64,000 bases of DNA from Betaproteobacteria bacterium (lineage in GTDB: Bacteria; Pseudomonadota; Gammaproteobacteria; Burkholderiales; SG8-41): contig JAKFUS010000029.1 in the NCBI GenBank assembly GCA_021732605.1, positions 89,300 to 153,299 on the forward strand. The letters run 5' to 3'. Of this stretch, positions 37,466 to 46,087 are shown one piece after another. Under the pieces are notes generated by a model. The model saw only the letters and a program-made list of their open reading frames with translations. It did no database searches and had not been told where the DNA came from. The translations under genes were made by a program, and so were the position numbers. The first letter of the stretch is position 1. The number at the start of each line of letters is the position of its first letter.

Positions 37466-39541
37466 TCAGCGGCGAACGATCAGGCCGTCAACGGCAACCA
37501 CGCCTTCATTTTCCTTTTTCACGATCAGCGGGTTGATTTCCGCCTCGGCAATGTCATCAAACGCGGCCAGTTGCGAAAACGCCGCCACAGCCTGCGCCAG
37601 CGCTGCGCAATCGCCGCGGGTCATGCCGCGATAACCGCGGATCACTGCCAGTCCTTTGACTTCCTCGATCATCTGCGCCGCCGCTTCCGGGGTCACCGGG
37701 GCCAGGCGCATGGTGAAGTCATGATAAATCTCCGCCAGCACGCCGCCAACGCCGATCACCACCAAGGGACCCACCTGCGGATCGCGCTTGTAACCGACGA
37801 TGACTTCAGCCAGGCCACGCTCCATGCGCTGCACCAGGATGCCGTTCAATTTGGCCAGCGGGTGTTTGGATTTGACGCGGCTGTAAATGTCCTCGGCGGC
37901 TTTTTTCAATTGCGGCGCGTCACCGACATTCAACACCACGCCGCCGGCGTCGGTTTTGTGCGCGATGTCCGGCGACAGTATCTTGGCGACCACCGGGTAA
38001 CCGATATCGACCTTGCTGTCGGCATCTGCCATCACCGCGGTCTGTGCCTGCGGCACACCCAGCGCGCCGAATACCGCGCAGGCCTGCTGTTCATTCAATT
38101 GTTTGCCTGTTGCAGTTTTCAACAATTCTCCGGCGGCGGCCGTGCGTTTGGCATCCGCTGCAGGTATCACCGCAGGCGCCTTCCACTCACGCCAGGCGCG
38201 GATCGAGTCAGCACAGGATTCCGGTGTGCGGAAACCGGCAACACCTGCAGCCGCCAGCAGTTTAAGCGAGGCTTCGGCATGTGGCGCGAGGAACACCGCC
38301 AGCGCCTTGTCGCCGCGATCGGCTTCCAGCAGCGGTTCGACGGCGATCTGCGGCTGGAACTGCGCCGAACTGCCGGCGACGGCCAGCACCAGATCGCAGT
38401 GGTCGGAGGCCAGCAGCGCATTCAGCACGCCACCGTAGATTTCTTTTTTCGCACCGGCCAGCGTCAGGTCGGTAATTCTTGATCTATTGATGCTGATGTT
38501 CTTTGCCGCCAGTGTGGCGACCAGCGCATCGGTGGGGCCGACAACGTCAACGCCGTAAGTGCCGATGCGATCGACGACGCAGGCTGCGCCGCCGCCGGTG
38601 GTGGTCATCGCTGCGACGCGGTGTTGTTTGTTCGGCTTGCGACCTTGCACCAGGGCAGGCAGTTCAAACAGCGCTTCCAGCGTATCGACGCGCAGCATGG
38701 CGTGCGCCTTGAAAAAAGCATCGACGGCTTCGTCGGTGCCGGCCATGGCGCCGGTGTGCGAGGCGGCCAGGTCCTGGCCGACTTCGGAGCGGCCCAGCTT
38801 GTACACGATGACGGGTTTATTGACTTCATAGGCGCGACGCGCGGCATCCGCCAGATGCGGGGCGTCGCGGATGGTTTCCATAAACAACAAAATAGCCTGG
38901 GTGTGCGGATCATCGACCAGCAGGCCGGCGAGTTCGCCGACGCCCAAGTCGGCTTCGTTGCCCACCGAAATCAGTTTCGAGAATCCGACACCGCGACCGA
39001 GCCCGCGCGACATCAGGCCACCCATCATGCTGCCGGACTGCGAAACGATCGCCAGTCCGCCGGGGGTGATTTCGAGTTTTTCCAATACCGCATTGACCGA
39101 TAGCGCGAGATGGGTCTGCGTGCTCATCAGGCCGATGCAGTTCGGGCCGACCAGCCGCGTGTTGCTGCCGCGGATGATGTCATTGAGTTTCTGCTGTTTG
39201 ACGCGGCCTTCGGCACCGGTCTCGGCGAAACCGTCGCTGTAGACGGTGACCACCGGGATTTTTTTCGCAACACACTGCTTAACGGCTTCCGGCACCGCTT
39301 TCGCCGGCACCATCACAAAAGCGTGATCGACTTCATCCGGGATGGAGGCGACATCGGAGTAAGCCTTGTCACCGAAAATTTCGGCGCGCGCCGGATTTAC
39401 CGGAATGATTTTTCCGGTGTAACCGTGGCGGCGCAGATAACGCTGCGGGCGTGAAGTGTTTTTCTTTTCATCGCTCGATGCGCCGATCAGCGCGATGGAG
39501 CGGGGATCAAATACGGCTTGATAGAGTTTGTTGTTGGACAT
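37466..39541 (-). CDS. ADP-forming acyl-CoA synthetase, fused alpha-beta (CoA-binding + ligase + ATP-grasp)
   Basis: I use the ATG at 39541 (MSNNKLYQAVFDPRSIALIGAS). The track start at 39556 is a TTG. The N-terminal CoA-binding region (IAIVSQSGSMMG) is followed by a C-terminal ATP-grasp_5 domain (VVAKILSPDIAHKTDAGGVVLNV). Confidence 0.85.
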   Translation of the reverse strand: MSNNKLYQAVFDPRSIALIGASSDEKKNTSRPQRYLRRHGYTGKIIPVNPARAEIFGDKAYSDVASIPDEVDHAFVMVPAKAVPEAVKQCVAKKIPVVTVYSDGFAETGAEGRVKQQKLNDIIRGSNTRLVGPNCIGLMSTQTHLALSVNAVLEKLEITPGGLAIVSQSGSMMGGLMSRGLGRGVGFSKLISVGNEADLGVGELAGLLVDDPHTQAILLFMETIRDAPHLADAARRAYEVNKPVIVYKLGRSEVGQDLAASHTGAMAGTDEAVDAFFKAHAMLRVDTLEALFELPALVQGRKPNKQHRVAAMTTTGGGAACVVDRIGTYGVDVVGPTDALVATLAAKNISINRSRITDLTLAGAKKEIYGGVLNALLASDHCDLVLAVAGSSAQFQPQIAVEPLLEADRGDKALAVFLAPHAEASLKLLAAAGVAGFRTPESCADSIRAWREWKAPAVIPAADAKRTAAAGELLKTATGKQLNEQQACAVFGALGVPQAQTAVMADADSKVDIGYPVVAKILSPDIAHKTDAGGVVLNVGDAPQLKKAAEDIYSRVKSKHPLAKLNGILVQRMERGLAEVIVGYKRDPQVGPLVVIGVGGVLAEIYHDFTMRLAPVTPEAAAQMIEEVKGLAVIRGYRGMTRGDCAALAQAVAAFSQLAAFDDIAEAEINPLIVKKENEGVVAVDGLIVRR

Positions 39542-39564
39542 GAAGGTCAAGGTCAAAAGCGTTT

Positions 39565-39667
39565 GCCACAGAGGACACAGAGAGCACAGAGAACTTCAAA
39601 AACAAGAGAACGCGAACGGCATTTGAGCTTTTCGGGTTTTCTCTGTGAACTCTGTGTCCTCTGTGGC
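39565..39667. repeat. Long imperfect inverted repeat built from 9-nt-period CACAGAG units (about 29-bp arms, about 43-nt loop)
   Basis: The left arm GCCACAGAGGACACAGAGAGCACAGAGAAC (39565-39594) pairs with the right arm TTCTCTGTGAACTCTGTGTCCTCTGTGGC (39639-39667), with 27 of 29 positions complementary. It lies between the ACAD stop and the CoA-ligase start. Confidence 0.85.
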
Positions 39668-39681
39668 TAGGGTTTAGGGTT

Positions 39682-40836
39682 TTAGCTCTTCGGAGGGCGC
39701 TGTGAAAAGCTGCGTTCAAACACGCCTTCGGCAATGCGGTTTTTGAGGATTTCGATCGAGCCGCCGGCGATCATCCAGCCGCGGCATTTGCGGAAGCAGT
39801 ATTCAACCAGCGTCTCATCGGTGTAACCCATGCCGCCCATGATCTGCATCGCTTCATTGCAGATGTCGAAGCCGGCCTGGTTGCAGAAGGCCTTGGCGAC
39901 GGCAGTGTCGTCGGCCGACGGAATGCCGTTGTCGGCGTTCACGGCGGCCTTGTAGAGCAGCAACTGGCCGGCGTCGAGTTTCATTTTCATGTCGGCGAAT
40001 TTCCACTGGATGCCCTGGAATTCACACAGCAGCCGCCCGAACTGCTTGCGCTGCATCGCCCATTCACGCGCGATGTTGTAGGCGTAACGACCGAAGGCCA
40101 GCGAACGCGCGGTGTTGCCGATGCGCTCGACGTTGAAGCCGGCGATCTGTTTTTTGAAACCGCCTTCCTTCAGCATCACGTTCTCGGGACCAACGTAGAC
40201 GTTGTCGAGATAGGTCTGCACCCAGTCTTCGCCATTGAGGAATTTCGACGGCGCACCCTGCTTGAAACCCTGCGCGTCGCGCGGAATCAATACCGAGCCG
40301 ATGCCGCCGACACCGGGACCGAAACGCACATAGGTCAACATTACCGAGGCGTACGAGGCGTGGGTCTGGAATACTTTGACGCCGTTGATGCGGTAACCGT
40401 CGCCGTCGGGCGTGGCGCTGGTTTTGAGGTCGGTCACCGCCGAGCCCGCTTCCGGCTCGGTCATGCCGACGGTGATCAGCGATTCACCGGCGAGGATCTT
40501 GTCGAGGTAGCGTTTTTTCTGATCAGGCGTGCCGTACTCGGCGAGCACGCGCACCGGGCCGAAGTTGCCGGCCTGAATCACGTCGGCGCTGCGCGGGCAC
40601 ACCGAAGCGATGGTTTCGATGGCGATGATGGCATCCATCAGCGAGCCGCCCTGGCCGCCGTCTTCTTCCTTCATGGTGATGCCCATCAGACCCTGTTCGG
40701 CCATCAGCTTGCCGACATCCCAGGGATGTTCTTCCTGGTGTGCGCGGGCGAGCGCGCCGTCGCGCAAATGGCGCTCGGCAAAACCGCGCACGGCGTCGCG
40801 GAACTGTTCCTGCTCGGGGGTAAATTTGAAATCCAT
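39682..40836 (-). CDS. Acyl-CoA dehydrogenase
   Basis: I use the internal ATG at 40836 (MDFKFTPEQEQFRDAVRGFAE). The ACAD N, middle and C domain pattern is present, with C-terminal GGSIEILKNRIAEG. Confidence 0.9.
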   Translation of the reverse strand: MDFKFTPEQEQFRDAVRGFAERHLRDGALARAHQEEHPWDVGKLMAEQGLMGITMKEEDGGQGGSLMDAIIAIETIASVCPRSADVIQAGNFGPVRVLAEYGTPDQKKRYLDKILAGESLITVGMTEPEAGSAVTDLKTSATPDGDGYRINGVKVFQTHASYASVMLTYVRFGPGVGGIGSVLIPRDAQGFKQGAPSKFLNGEDWVQTYLDNVYVGPENVMLKEGGFKKQIAGFNVERIGNTARSLAFGRYAYNIAREWAMQRKQFGRLLCEFQGIQWKFADMKMKLDAGQLLLYKAAVNADNGIPSADDTAVAKAFCNQAGFDICNEAMQIMGGMGYTDETLVEYCFRKCRGWMIAGGSIEILKNRIAEGVFERSFSQRPPKS

Positions 40837-40969
40837 GATATGAAACTTTGGCAAAAACTGCGGGTTGGAGAGTCGTGTATTTTACCGCGTGCTGCTCAGT
40901 GGGTCAGCCTTTCAGCCTCATCCGCATGCTGGAGCAAATGCGGGCATGGCCTGTGGCAGAACGCCGGTA

Positions 40970-41944
40970 TTACTGCGCCTGCAGGCCTGCTGCCTTGACC
41001 ACTTTGCCCCATTTCGTGACTTCCTCTTTGAGGAAGCGGGCGAATTCTTCCGGCGTTCCCGTCACCTGTTCGGCACCTGAGCGAACGAGCAGGTCCTGCA
41101 CGCGGGGCGAAGCCAGCGCGGTGTGGATGGCCTGGTTGATTTTGAGCACGGTGTCGCGTGGCGTTCCTGCCGGTGCAAACATGGCGTTCCATCCGCCGGC
41201 TTCGTAGCCCGCAACGCCGGCTTCGTCGATCGTCGGTACATTCGGCAATGTCTTTGAACGTTTCAGCGAACTGATGCCGAGCGCGCGCAGCTTGCCTGAT
41301 TCGGCCGGCGGAACGGCCGCGGCCACCGGAGCGAAGGTCATGTGCACATGCCCGCCCATGGTTTCCGCGACGGCGGGTGCTGCGCCTTTGTAGGGAATGT
41401 GGCCGATTTTTGCGCCGGACAGCATGTTGAACAGCACCAGCGCCAGGTGATTCGAGCTGCCGATACCGGCGGATGCCGAGTTCAGCGTGCTTGGATGCGA
41501 ACGGTCCAGTGCGATCAGGTCTTTGACCGATTTTGCCGGCAGCGAGGGATGCACCACCAGCACGTTGGCCTGGTTGACGATCAGGCAGACCGGTGCGAGG
41601 TCGGTCAGCACGTTGTAACCCAGCTTGGGATACACCGCCGGACTGCTCGATATGGCGGTGGTGCCGTAGAGCAAGGTGTAACCGTCTGCTGCTGCGCGCA
41701 CGACGGATTCAGTGCCGATATTGCCGCTGGCGCCCGGGCGGTTGGCCACCAGCACGTTCTGTTTCCACGCCCCGGTCATGTGCTCGGCGACGGCGCGAGC
41801 GATGAGGTCTGCAGATCCGCCGGCCGGGAACGGCACGATCATCGTAATGGGTTTCTCGGGGTAGCCCTGGGCGCCGGCGGCGCCGATCCACGCGCAAAGC
41901 AGCAACGGAACAAGCAAAGTGCGAAGCAGGGTGCGAAACGGCAT
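40970..41944 (-). CDS. Bug/TctC-family substrate-binding protein
   Basis: I use the internal ATG at 41944, preceded by GAGGAA (MPFRTLLRTLLVPLLLCAWIGAAGAQGYPEKPITMIVPFPAGGSAD). Confidence 0.88.
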   Translation of the reverse strand: MPFRTLLRTLLVPLLLCAWIGAAGAQGYPEKPITMIVPFPAGGSADLIARAVAEHMTGAWKQNVLVANRPGASGNIGTESVVRAAADGYTLLYGTTAISSSPAVYPKLGYNVLTDLAPVCLIVNQANVLVVHPSLPAKSVKDLIALDRSHPSTLNSASAGIGSSNHLALVLFNMLSGAKIGHIPYKGAAPAVAETMGGHVHMTFAPVAAAVPPAESGKLRALGISSLKRSKTLPNVPTIDEAGVAGYEAGGWNAMFAPAGTPRDTVLKINQAIHTALASPRVQDLLVRSGAEQVTGTPEEFARFLKEEVTKWGKVVKAAGLQAQ

Positions 41945-41978
41945 GGATTCCTCGCCGGGGTTTTGGTCGGCAGCGCGA

Positions 41979-42881
41979 TCAGGGATACATCGCCCAGCCG
42001 ACACGACTGGTTTCTGCCTTGAAGAAATGGCCATCGGTGCTGGTGACAAACAGCGTGGTCATGTCCGGCCCGCCGAAACAGCAATTGGTCGGACGGTTAG
42101 CGGCGACCGGATGCGTTTCGAGCACCCGCCCCGTTGGCGTGAATACATAAATCATCGGTCCCGCACCGGCGACTTCCCAGCCGGCGGTGGCGACGATGTT
42201 GCCTTCCGCATCGAGGCACATGCCGTCGATGCCGCGGTGGATGTCGCGATGGTCTTCACCCCAGGTAAACAGCGTTTGGTACGGACCGAGGCTGCCGTCG
42301 TCCTTGATCGGATAGGCGCGCAGCTCGCGTGCTACGCCGCGGGTGAAACTGCTTTCCGCGACATACAAGGTGCTTTGATCCTGAGATATCAGGATGCCGT
42401 TGGGCTGGGTGGTGTCGGACAAGACCTGGGTGATTGAATAGCTGCCGTCTTTTTGTGGATCGAGCCGATACACCAGGCGTTTGTCGAGTGTCTGCTTTTC
42501 GGTTTTGTCGACGTTGCCGTCGTTCCACGGATTGGTGAACCAGATGCGGCCCTTGCGATCGATCGCGAGGTCGTTCGGGGTGTTCAGCCGTTTGCCATCG
42601 ACCTTGTCGGCGATCACCACGTTTTTTCCGTCCGGATCAAAGCGCATCACGCTGCGTCCACCCTGGCAGCAGCCGAACAGCCGGCCCTGCGCGTCAAAAG
42701 CGAGGCCGTTGACGCGGTTGAGGCCGGTGCGCCACGGCGTGATTGCGTTGGTCTTCGGGTCGCAGCGGAAAATCGTGTTGGCGTGGATGTGGGTGAAATA
42801 CAGGTATTCGCCGTCCCACACCGGGCCTTCGGTGATCGGAATCCCTGCGGGCTTTTTCAGCAGTTCGAATTTCCACGCCAT
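41979..42881 (-). CDS. SMP-30/gluconolactonase/LRE-family lactonase-like protein
   Basis: I use the internal ATG at 42881 (MAWKFELLKKPAGIPITEGPVWDGEYLYF). Beta-propeller repeats carry NGLAF, PNDL, PNGI and GIDGMC motifs. Confidence 0.82.
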   Translation of the reverse strand: MAWKFELLKKPAGIPITEGPVWDGEYLYFTHIHANTIFRCDPKTNAITPWRTGLNRVNGLAFDAQGRLFGCCQGGRSVMRFDPDGKNVVIADKVDGKRLNTPNDLAIDRKGRIWFTNPWNDGNVDKTEKQTLDKRLVYRLDPQKDGSYSITQVLSDTTQPNGILISQDQSTLYVAESSFTRGVARELRAYPIKDDGSLGPYQTLFTWGEDHRDIHRGIDGMCLDAEGNIVATAGWEVAGAGPMIYVFTPTGRVLETHPVAANRPTNCCFGGPDMTTLFVTSTDGHFFKAETSRVGWAMYP

Positions 42882-42903
42882 GATGTTTTCCTTCCGTGCC
42901 TGC

Positions 42904-44322
42904 TTATGCTTTGAGCAGCGTGCGGAGCTTGGTGATGTTGCCCACTTTCTCCAGCCCCCACACTGCATCGCAGAGTTTGCGCGCGCGCGACTTGCCGAGG
43001 ATCGGTTCCATCAGGTGGTAGCACTTCTCGTCCACCTGGGCGCGGGTCATCGGGTTTTGCGCCGTGCCGAGCACCGCCTTGACGTGGTTGCGCAGCACGC
43101 GGCCGTCCTTCAGCTTCAGTTCGATGATGCCCTGACGCGACGGCATGGCGGCCGTCAGCGCGTCGTCGCCGTAGAGCGTGATGCGGCGGCGCAGGGCGAG
43201 TACCTTCTTGTCGGTCATGCGCTTCTCGTCGTGCGAGGACTTGAAGGTGACAATGCCGTCGATCAGCATCACTGCGCACATATGCTGCATGCAGATGTCG
43301 GGCATGTTGCGGTTGTCGGTGGTGTTTGCGGCCTGGTGCGCGACGCGGATCGTCAGCTTGTCGACGTCAGCGGCCTTCAGCTTGTGCATGCGGATCAGTT
43401 CGAGCAGGCCGTCGAGCGGGGCCTGGATCGGAGAGCCGACCGACCAGCGCTTGATGTTGGTGTTCATGATCTCCCAGGTCTTGCCGAGATCCTTGATCAG
43501 GCGCTCGGGCATCGGTTTTTTGCCGATGCGGCGGGTCTCGTCATAGGCGACGAAGAAATTGCGCTCGCCGGAGAACACGTCTTCAACCGCGCTGAAACCC
43601 GAGGCCACCATCGCCGCGGCTGCGGTGCCGTTACGCGCCGGCATGCCGCCGAAGTCGAAGGCTTTTTCAATGTGTTCTTCGTCGCGCATCCAGCACGAAA
43701 TACCCGAACACTGCTGCGCGGTGTACGACAGCGCATGGCGCATGCCGGTGTAATCGAGGCCGGCGAGCATTGAAGCCGCAGCGGCTGCGCCGAAGCTCGG
43801 GCCGAAGCTGTGCGTCGAATGTCCGGCCTGGCGGAAATCATAGGGATGCAGCGCCAGGTTCAGGCGTGCGCAGAGGTCATAGCCCAGGGCCACAGCGCGC
43901 AGCAGCTGCGTGCCGTTCGATTTCTCGCGTTCGCCCATGGCCAGAGCGGCGGGGACAATCGCACAACCCGGATGCGACAGCGAAGGCGCGTGCGAATCGT
44001 CGGTCTCGTCGGCGTGCGCCAGCATGCCGTTGATGTGGGCCGCTTGTTCAGCATTGGTCAGGACATTCGAGCCGATGACGATGGCCTGCGGTTTACCGCC
44101 CAGAGTTTTGGCATAAGCAATGGCTTTTTGGCCGGGCAAGAGGCGCGAACCGGAGACCATCGCAGCGATGGTGTCGAGCAGATGGTGCTTGGTTTTTTCA
44201 GCGACGGCTTTCGGCAGCGGCTGCTTGGCTGCGCCGGCCATGTAAGTGGCCAGCGTTTTCATCAGCGGCGACACCGCCGTTTTGGCATTGGATTTGGATG
44301 ATTTCGATTTTTTGCTGCTCAT
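42904..44322 (-). CDS. MmgE/PrpD-family protein, paralogue 2
   Basis: I use the internal ATG at 44322, which forms an ATGA overlap with the SDR stop (MSSKKSKSSKSNAKTAVSPLMKTLATYMAG...). The lysine/serine-rich N-terminal tail is unusual for the family. Confidence 0.82.
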   Translation of the reverse strand: MSSKKSKSSKSNAKTAVSPLMKTLATYMAGAAKQPLPKAVAEKTKHHLLDTIAAMVSGSRLLPGQKAIAYAKTLGGKPQAIVIGSNVLTNAEQAAHINGMLAHADETDDSHAPSLSHPGCAIVPAALAMGEREKSNGTQLLRAVALGYDLCARLNLALHPYDFRQAGHSTHSFGPSFGAAAAASMLAGLDYTGMRHALSYTAQQCSGISCWMRDEEHIEKAFDFGGMPARNGTAAAAMVASGFSAVEDVFSGERNFFVAYDETRRIGKKPMPERLIKDLGKTWEIMNTNIKRWSVGSPIQAPLDGLLELIRMHKLKAADVDKLTIRVAHQAANTTDNRNMPDICMQHMCAVMLIDGIVTFKSSHDEKRMTDKKVLALRRRITLYGDDALTAAMPSRQGIIELKLKDGRVLRNHVKAVLGTAQNPMTRAQVDEKCYHLMEPILGKSRARKLCDAVWGLEKVGNITKLRTLLKA

Positions 44323-45095
44323 GGCATCAAGCCTCCGCCGTTGATATGGATGGATTGTCCGGTGATGTAACGCGCGTCGGGTCCGCACAACACGCGCACC
44401 ATCGCGGCGATTTCTTCAGGCGCGCCGCGCCGGCCCGCGGGCGGCAGCGTCACACGGTGATCGGGGCGGGGTGGTGCGCCGGGCAGGCCGCGCACGGTTT
44501 CCACGGTGCCGGGCACCACGCAGTTCACCGTGATGTTGCTCGCGGCGAGATCCAGCGCCACCGCCTTGGTCATCGCGGCGAGGCCACCCTTGGCCGCCAC
44601 CACATGCGAACGATTCAATGCGCCCTTGTGACCGGTGAGGCCACCGATGTTGACCACGGCGCCGCCACCGGCCTTGACCAGATGCGGCAGCGCGGCCTGT
44701 GTCGTCAGGAACGCGCCGTCGAGCACGATCGAGGTCACGCGCTTCCATTCTTCAAAGGTGATTTTGTCGAACGGCGTCTCGGCGCGGATCGCCGCGTTGT
44801 TGACCACCATGTCGATGCGGCCGAACTGCTTCACGGTTTCGGCAACGAGTTGCGCAACCTGTTTCGGATCGGTGACGTCGGCGATGTACAGCGCAGCCTT
44901 GCCGCCGGCTTTTTTGATCATCGCCATGGTTTCCTCGCCGGCTTCACGCGAGGTGTTGGCGTTGACCATGACGGTCGCGCCGCCTGCGGCCAGCGACAGT
45001 GAAATACAGCGCCCGATATTGCGCGCGCCGCCGGTGACCAGCGCGACCTTGCCGGCGAGTTCATCGCCGGGCCGCATGCCTGCTGAGTGAGTCAT
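44319..45095 (-). CDS. Short-chain dehydrogenase/reductase-fold protein with a non-canonical catalytic region
   Basis: 258 aa. TGGARNIG and NNAA motifs are present. Where S...YxxxK is expected, the sequence reads VVNIGGLTG...NRSHVVAAK (by-eye alignment). Confidence 0.85.
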   Translation of the reverse strand: MTHSAGMRPGDELAGKVALVTGGARNIGRCISLSLAAGGATVMVNANTSREAGEETMAMIKKAGGKAALYIADVTDPKQVAQLVAETVKQFGRIDMVVNNAAIRAETPFDKITFEEWKRVTSIVLDGAFLTTQAALPHLVKAGGGAVVNIGGLTGHKGALNRSHVVAAKGGLAAMTKAVALDLAASNITVNCVVPGTVETVRGLPGAPPRPDHRVTLPPAGRRGAPEEIAAMVRVLCGPDARYITGQSIHINGGGLMP

Positions 45096-45128
45096 TAAAT
45101 TCCCTTTAAAAACAATTAGTTATTGGAT
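45096..45128 (-). repeat. AT-rich intergenic block, copy D
   Basis: complement(45107..45123) is ATAACTAATTGTTTTTA, identical to 13636-13652. complement(45103..45117) is AATTGTTTTTAAAGG, identical to 54738-54752. The block fills the whole 20-nt Bug-SDR spacer. Confidence 0.7.
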
Positions 45129-46087
45129 AATCCCGATTCGCGCACCAGCTTGCCCCATTTCGCCACCTGAACATTCAGATAGGTCGTGAATTCCTGCGGC
45201 GTGGTCCAGGTCAGTTCCGCGCCCTGTGCCGCGGCGCGGTCTTTCATGTCGGCGAGCGAGATCACGCGCTGCATCTCGCGGCCGAGGCGTTCGATCACCG
45301 CGCCCGGGGTGGAGCGCGGCACCATCACGCCGTTCCAGGCATTGACATCAAAGCCGGGCAGTCCGGATTCGGCGACGGTCGGAATATCGGGCAGCGCGGC
45401 CGAACGTTTGAGCGAACCGACCGCGATGGGGCGCGCCCGGCCGCCTTTGACAAAAGGCAATGCCGCCGGCAGCGAAGCGAAGGTGAACTGGGTTTCTCCG
45501 GCGACGACGGAGGTCAGCTGCCCGCCGGTGCCCTTGTACGGCACATGCACAATATTGATTTTGGCCATCGACTTCAGCAGCTCGCCCGACAGATGCGCCG
45601 TGGCGCCGGTGGTACCCGCGGCGTAATTGACTTTGCCCGGGCGTGCCTTGGCGTAGGCGATCAGCTCCTGCACGTTTTTCACCGGCAGGTTGTTGTTGAC
45701 CAGCAGCACGCCCGGAAACAGCGCGAACAGGCTGACGCGTTCGAAACTCTTCACCGTATCGTATGGCAGTTTTTTGTGCAGGCTGGGCATCACCGAAAAA
45801 CTGGTGTGCGTATAAAGAATGGTATGGCCGTCGGGCACGGACTGCGAGACGATTTCCGCGGAAATCAGTCCGCCGCCGCCGGGCCGGTTGTCGATGACCA
45901 CTTGCTGGCCGAGACCCTCGCCCATCGCCTGCGCAAGCAGGCGCGACATGATGTCGGTGGTGCCGCCGGGTGCCGAGATGACCACCATGCGGATAGGCCG
46001 GTCAGGATAGGCCGCCGCGACCGGCAGCGCGACACTCGCGGCCAGTGCGCAGGCAATGCTGCGCACAACATGCAGGGGCTTGATCAT
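45116..46087 (-). CDS. Bug/TctC-family substrate-binding protein
   Basis: I use the internal ATG at 46087, preceded by GAGGAG (MIKPLHVVRSIACALAASVALPVAAAYPDRPIRMVVISAPGGTTD). Confidence 0.88.
   Translation of the reverse strand: MIKPLHVVRSIACALAASVALPVAAAYPDRPIRMVVISAPGGTTDIMSRLLAQAMGEGLGQQVVIDNRPGGGGLISAEIVSQSVPDGHTILYTHTSFSVMPSLHKKLPYDTVKSFERVSLFALFPGVLLVNNNLPVKNVQELIAYAKARPGKVNYAAGTTGATAHLSGELLKSMAKINIVHVPYKGTGGQLTSVVAGETQFTFASLPAALPFVKGGRARPIAVGSLKRSAALPDIPTVAESGLPGFDVNAWNGVMVPRSTPGAVIERLGREMQRVISLADMKDRAAAQGAELTWTTPQEFTTYLNVQVAKWGKLVRESGLSNN

Noticed and set aside
39669-39684. GGGTTTAGGGTTTTAG, two copies of the plant-type telomere repeat TTTAGGG
   Set aside because: There are only two units and they overlap the ACAD stop codon. 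Most likely chance.
42481-43773. 430-aa + strand ORF
   Set aside because: Antisense to the lactonase and PrpD-family genes, with no motifs.
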